A stretch of DNA of 64,000 nt from Candidatus Nitrosopelagicus sp. (lineage in GTDB: Archaea; Thermoproteota; Nitrososphaeria; Nitrososphaerales; Nitrosopumilaceae): assembly GCA_028344155.1 (NCBI GenBank), contig JAOMAI010000002.1, forward strand, positions 4,751 to 68,750. The letters are read 5' to 3'. The first letter of the stretch is position 1; every line of letters begins with the position of its first letter. Position numbers and translations under genes: made by a program. A model generated the notes under the pieces. It was given only the letters and a program-made list of their open reading frames with translations, was not told the origin of the DNA and searched no databases. Below, piece after piece: positions 59,695 through 64,000 of this stretch.

Positions 59695-60522
59695 TTATAT
59701 TTCTTCTAAAATACCAGATTTTGTTCTGTGAGAGTGACCAAACTCAGATTTGGTAGATAAATGGCCACCATCAAAAACAGTTCCATCACGACATGCAAGG
59801 TCATCATTAACACAACAACTTCCACATATTCCAACACCACATTTCATCATTCGTTCTAAACTTGCTTGGACAAATATTCCATTTTTTTGAGCCATTTGAA
59901 CAGTTTTGTACATCATCAATTCAGGACCACATGTGTATATGGCATCATAAGAATTTTTTTCTAAGAGATTTTCCAAGATGTCAGTGACATATCCTTTTTC
60001 GCCATAACTGCCATCTTCAGTAACAGGAATAATTTCATGAGAGTTATTTTGTAATAGTTTTTTTGCAGTTTCTTCAAAAAATACTTCATTTTTTGTCTGT
60101 GACCCCATTAAAACGGTTATGTGATTTGAGGGGTTTGAGAATTTTATCAATCTCATTAAAGGAACTAATCCAGTCCCACCTCCAATTAATAGAATTTTTC
60201 CATCTTTAATTTCAAAAGAATTTCCGTATGGACCTCTCACACCTATTTGTTTACCTGGAGAAAGATTGTATAATGCAGTAGAAGATTCACCACGTTTTCT
60301 GACAGTTAGTGCCGCTTGATCATTTACATCAGACACCATAACACTCATCGGAAGTTCATTTACACCAGGAATCCAAATCATTGCAAATTGACCAGGTAAC
60401 ACATTGGCAAGTACTGAGTCTTTGAAATATAGCGTTCTAACGGTAGGAGTTTCATCTACAATTTTTTCTATAACACAAATGTGTGGATGATTATTGTCTC
60501 TTTGCTCTTCCAACCATTTCAC
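59695..60522 (-). CDS. pyrK: Dihydroorotate dehydrogenase electron transfer subunit
   Basis: PGQF, GPYGN, GGGTG, CGP, MKCGVGICGSC; start uncertain. Confidence 0.92.
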   Translation of the reverse strand: MKWLEEQRDNNHPHICVIEKIVDETPTVRTLYFKDSVLANVLPGQFAMIWIPGVNELPMSVMVSDVNDQAALTVRKRGESSTALYNLSPGKQIGVRGPYGNSFEIKDGKILLIGGGTGLVPLMRLIKFSNPSNHITVLMGSQTKNEVFFEETAKKLLQNNSHEIIPVTEDGSYGEKGYVTDILENLLEKNSYDAIYTCGPELMMYKTVQMAQKNGIFVQASLERMMKCGVGICGSCCVNDDLACRDGTVFDGGHLSTKSEFGHSHRTKSGILEEI

Positions 60523-61402
60523 CTATTGTTGCATAACCTTTTCTTTCCATATAATTTTGAATGCCTGAATTAATTTCACTAAATGTTTCAACCCAATGAT
60601 CACCCATTACACTACCAAATTGTACTACAGATGCACCTGCCAAGATAAATTCAACTGCATCTTCCCAACTAGAAATTCCACCACATCCCATAATTGGAAT
60701 ATCAAACCTAGATGCAATTTCATAAACACATCTTAGAGCAATTGGTTTGATTGGAGTACCAGACAAGCCACCTATTTTATTACTAAGAATTGGCATCTGA
60801 GTTTCAACATCAATGGCCATTGCTCTAACTGTGTTAATTGCAGTAATCGCATCAACTCCAGAGGATACAGCAGCTTCAACGGTTTTAAGATAATCAGATT
60901 TGCCCAATCCAACTTTTGCAATAATTGGTACATCGGTAACAGATTTTACTCGTTTAATTATTTTAGAAACAAGTTCAATATCATCACCGACTTCTAGCCC
61001 AACTTTAGCGACATGTGGGCATGAAAGATTTAGTTCATAAGCAGCAACATTACATTTCTCGAATTTTTTCATCATGTACTCAAAATCATCTTCAATAGAG
61101 CCAACCAAACTTACAATTATTGGAACATCATTATTTGGTTCAATCATTTTAGCAAAAGTTGCTGCACCCGGATTTGATAATCCAACTGCATTAATCCACC
61201 CTCCACCTTTAACACTAAAAATAGTTGGGTTTGGATAACCTTCCCACGGTTCTTTACTTAGGGATTTAGTGACAACTGCACCAGCACCTGCATTATGCAA
61301 TCTTTTGAAAACATCAAGAGATATACCTAAAATTCCAGATGCAAGAACGGTTGGTTGGTCAAGTCTAAGAGAGCCAATATTTGTGGAAAGACTTGATTTC
61401 AT
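60491..61402 (-). CDS. pyrD: Dihydroorotate dehydrogenase (family 1B)
   Basis: NAVGLSNPG, ELNLSCPH, INT, GGLSG. Confidence 0.95.
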   Translation of the reverse strand: MKSSLSTNIGSLRLDQPTVLASGILGISLDVFKRLHNAGAGAVVTKSLSKEPWEGYPNPTIFSVKGGGWINAVGLSNPGAATFAKMIEPNNDVPIIVSLVGSIEDDFEYMMKKFEKCNVAAYELNLSCPHVAKVGLEVGDDIELVSKIIKRVKSVTDVPIIAKVGLGKSDYLKTVEAAVSSGVDAITAINTVRAMAIDVETQMPILSNKIGGLSGTPIKPIALRCVYEIASRFDIPIMGCGGISSWEDAVEFILAGASVVQFGSVMGDHWVETFSEINSGIQNYMERKGYATIGEMVGRAKRQ

Positions 61403-61486
61403 TTGAAAAGAATTCGCACATTTGTCTTATAACAGTTGATTTACAATATGTAGATTTTTTAATGAGGATTTGATGGGATCAGTGTT

Positions 61487-62711
<1,225 letters not shown>

Positions 62712-62725
<14 letters not shown>

Positions 62726-63383
62726 TAATTATTTCTGGTTTTCACTAGATGGAGAGAAAAAGCTCTTCACAGAAAATTTTACACCTCAGAAACAGGTTTA
62801 CAAAGAGAAATTAGTTGTAAAAAATGGAATAGAGTATAGAAACTGGGAACCGTTTAGAAGTAAATTGGCAGCATGTATAATGAATGGTTTAGAGGAATTT
62901 CCATTCCACGATAAATCAAGCGTATTATATCTAGGAGTATCAACGGGTACAACAATAAGTCATATTTCAGATATAGTTGGTCCTAAGGGCATGATTTTTG
63001 GAGTTGAGCATTCAAGTCGAGTTGCGAGAGATTTTCTTGACAGAGTTGCAGTGTATAGAAAGAATATTGTTCCAATAATTCAAGATGCAAAAAGACCTGA
63101 TCAGTATTTTTCAGTTTTTACTAAAGTTGATGTTGTGTATGTTGACATTGCACAACCAGAACAAACAAAGATTGCAATTGATAATTGCAAAATGTATCTT
63201 AAAAAAGGTGGATTTCTATTTCTAGTGATTAAAACAAGAAGCATAGATGTCACAAAAGATCCAAACCAGATAATTAATCAAGAAATGAAAAAATTAGAAG
63301 ATGATTTTAAAATATGTGAAAAAATCGATTTAAGACCATTTGATAAAGATCATGCAATGGTTATTGCAAAATCAATTAATTAG
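62712..63383 (+). CDS. flpA: Fibrillarin-like rRNA/tRNA 2'-O-methyltransferase
   Basis: YRNWEPFRSKLAA, LYLGVSTGTT.SH, DIAQPEQ. Confidence 0.95.
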
Positions 63384-63995
63384 ACCAAGTATTTTTTGTA
63401 CCGGTTTCCAACTTTTACGTATAAATGATGGAAGAGGTTTTTTTGCAGAAACTAATTTTTTAACAAAATTTACGCTTTTTTTATCAGAAGGATAACCACT
63501 TCCAAATTGATAATTTTTGTTTAAACGTGCAATGGAACGATCTCGTGATACTTTAGCTATAATCGAAGCAGCGGAAACAACAACAAATCTAGAATCTGCA
63601 TAATGGTATGATCGTACTTTAGATTTATTTGATAAATCAGATATTTCACGGCCAAATCTAGTAGCGTTTACATCACAAGAATCTACATATGATATTTCAG
63701 ACTTAAGATGTGTTATGACCGCAGCCATTTTTTTTGCTTCTAAATGATTCAAGTTATGCTCAAAAACATATTTGTCTATAGTTTTTGGAGGAATTCGAAT
63801 TACATGGTAATCGTCGACAAGTTTTATGATTTCTTTATACAATAATTCACGCTTTTTAGAACTAAGTTTTTTTGAATCACGCACACCTAGTTTACGAAGT
63901 TTAGGGATATTTTTTTTCTCAATACTAATTCCTGCAATAACCATAGGCCCAATCATAGATCCTCTGCCTGCATCATCCACACCACATATTTTCAT
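63372..63995 (-). CDS. rnhB: Ribonuclease HII
   Basis: GVDDAGRG, RDSKKL, VSAASIIAKV.RD, GSGYPSD. Confidence 0.95.
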   Translation of the reverse strand: MKICGVDDAGRGSMIGPMVIAGISIEKKNIPKLRKLGVRDSKKLSSKKRELLYKEIIKLVDDYHVIRIPPKTIDKYVFEHNLNHLEAKKMAAVITHLKSEISYVDSCDVNATRFGREISDLSNKSKVRSYHYADSRFVVVSAASIIAKVSRDRSIARLNKNYQFGSGYPSDKKSVNFVKKLVSAKKPLPSFIRKSWKPVQKILGLIN

Positions 63996-64000
63996 AAATT

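Overview
AT-rich archaeal chromosome from a marine ammonia-oxidising Thaumarchaeon (Nitrosopumilaceae, Nitrosopelagicus/Nitrosopumilus-like), judged from a PEFG-CTERM protein, type IB topoisomerase, the 3HP/4HB-cycle synthetase and hydratase pair, and overall gene order. About 1-27.4 kb is core genome: ABC transporter, LysW-dependent Arg/Lys cluster with two lysW genes missing from the ORF track, dph5, ribL, ribK, dnaG, gdh, psmA, tatA. About 27.4-47.1 kb is an accessory island with no visible integrase. Its first part is a defence-like block: two DNA methyltransferases, two putative restriction endonucleases, HNH, Vsr, a UvrD-nuclease fusion and a HAD hydrolase. Its second part is a CARF-like/wHTH regulator divergent from two paralogous, tightly coupled arrays of small, often Zn-binding ORFs that share DNA at gene junctions and end in a minimal MCM-like ATPase. 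Core genes resume at about 47.2 kb (SDR, topo IB, intron-containing tRNA-Met, idh-family, rsmA, rpo4, rpl21e, radA, rps30e, pyrKD, nop5, fibrillarin, rnhB). A separate 1.2 kb insert encoding a NUMOD3/Vsr-like endonuclease sits between two copies of a 17-bp tRNA-Met 3' end sequence. All calls come from motif recognition by eye; no searches were run.
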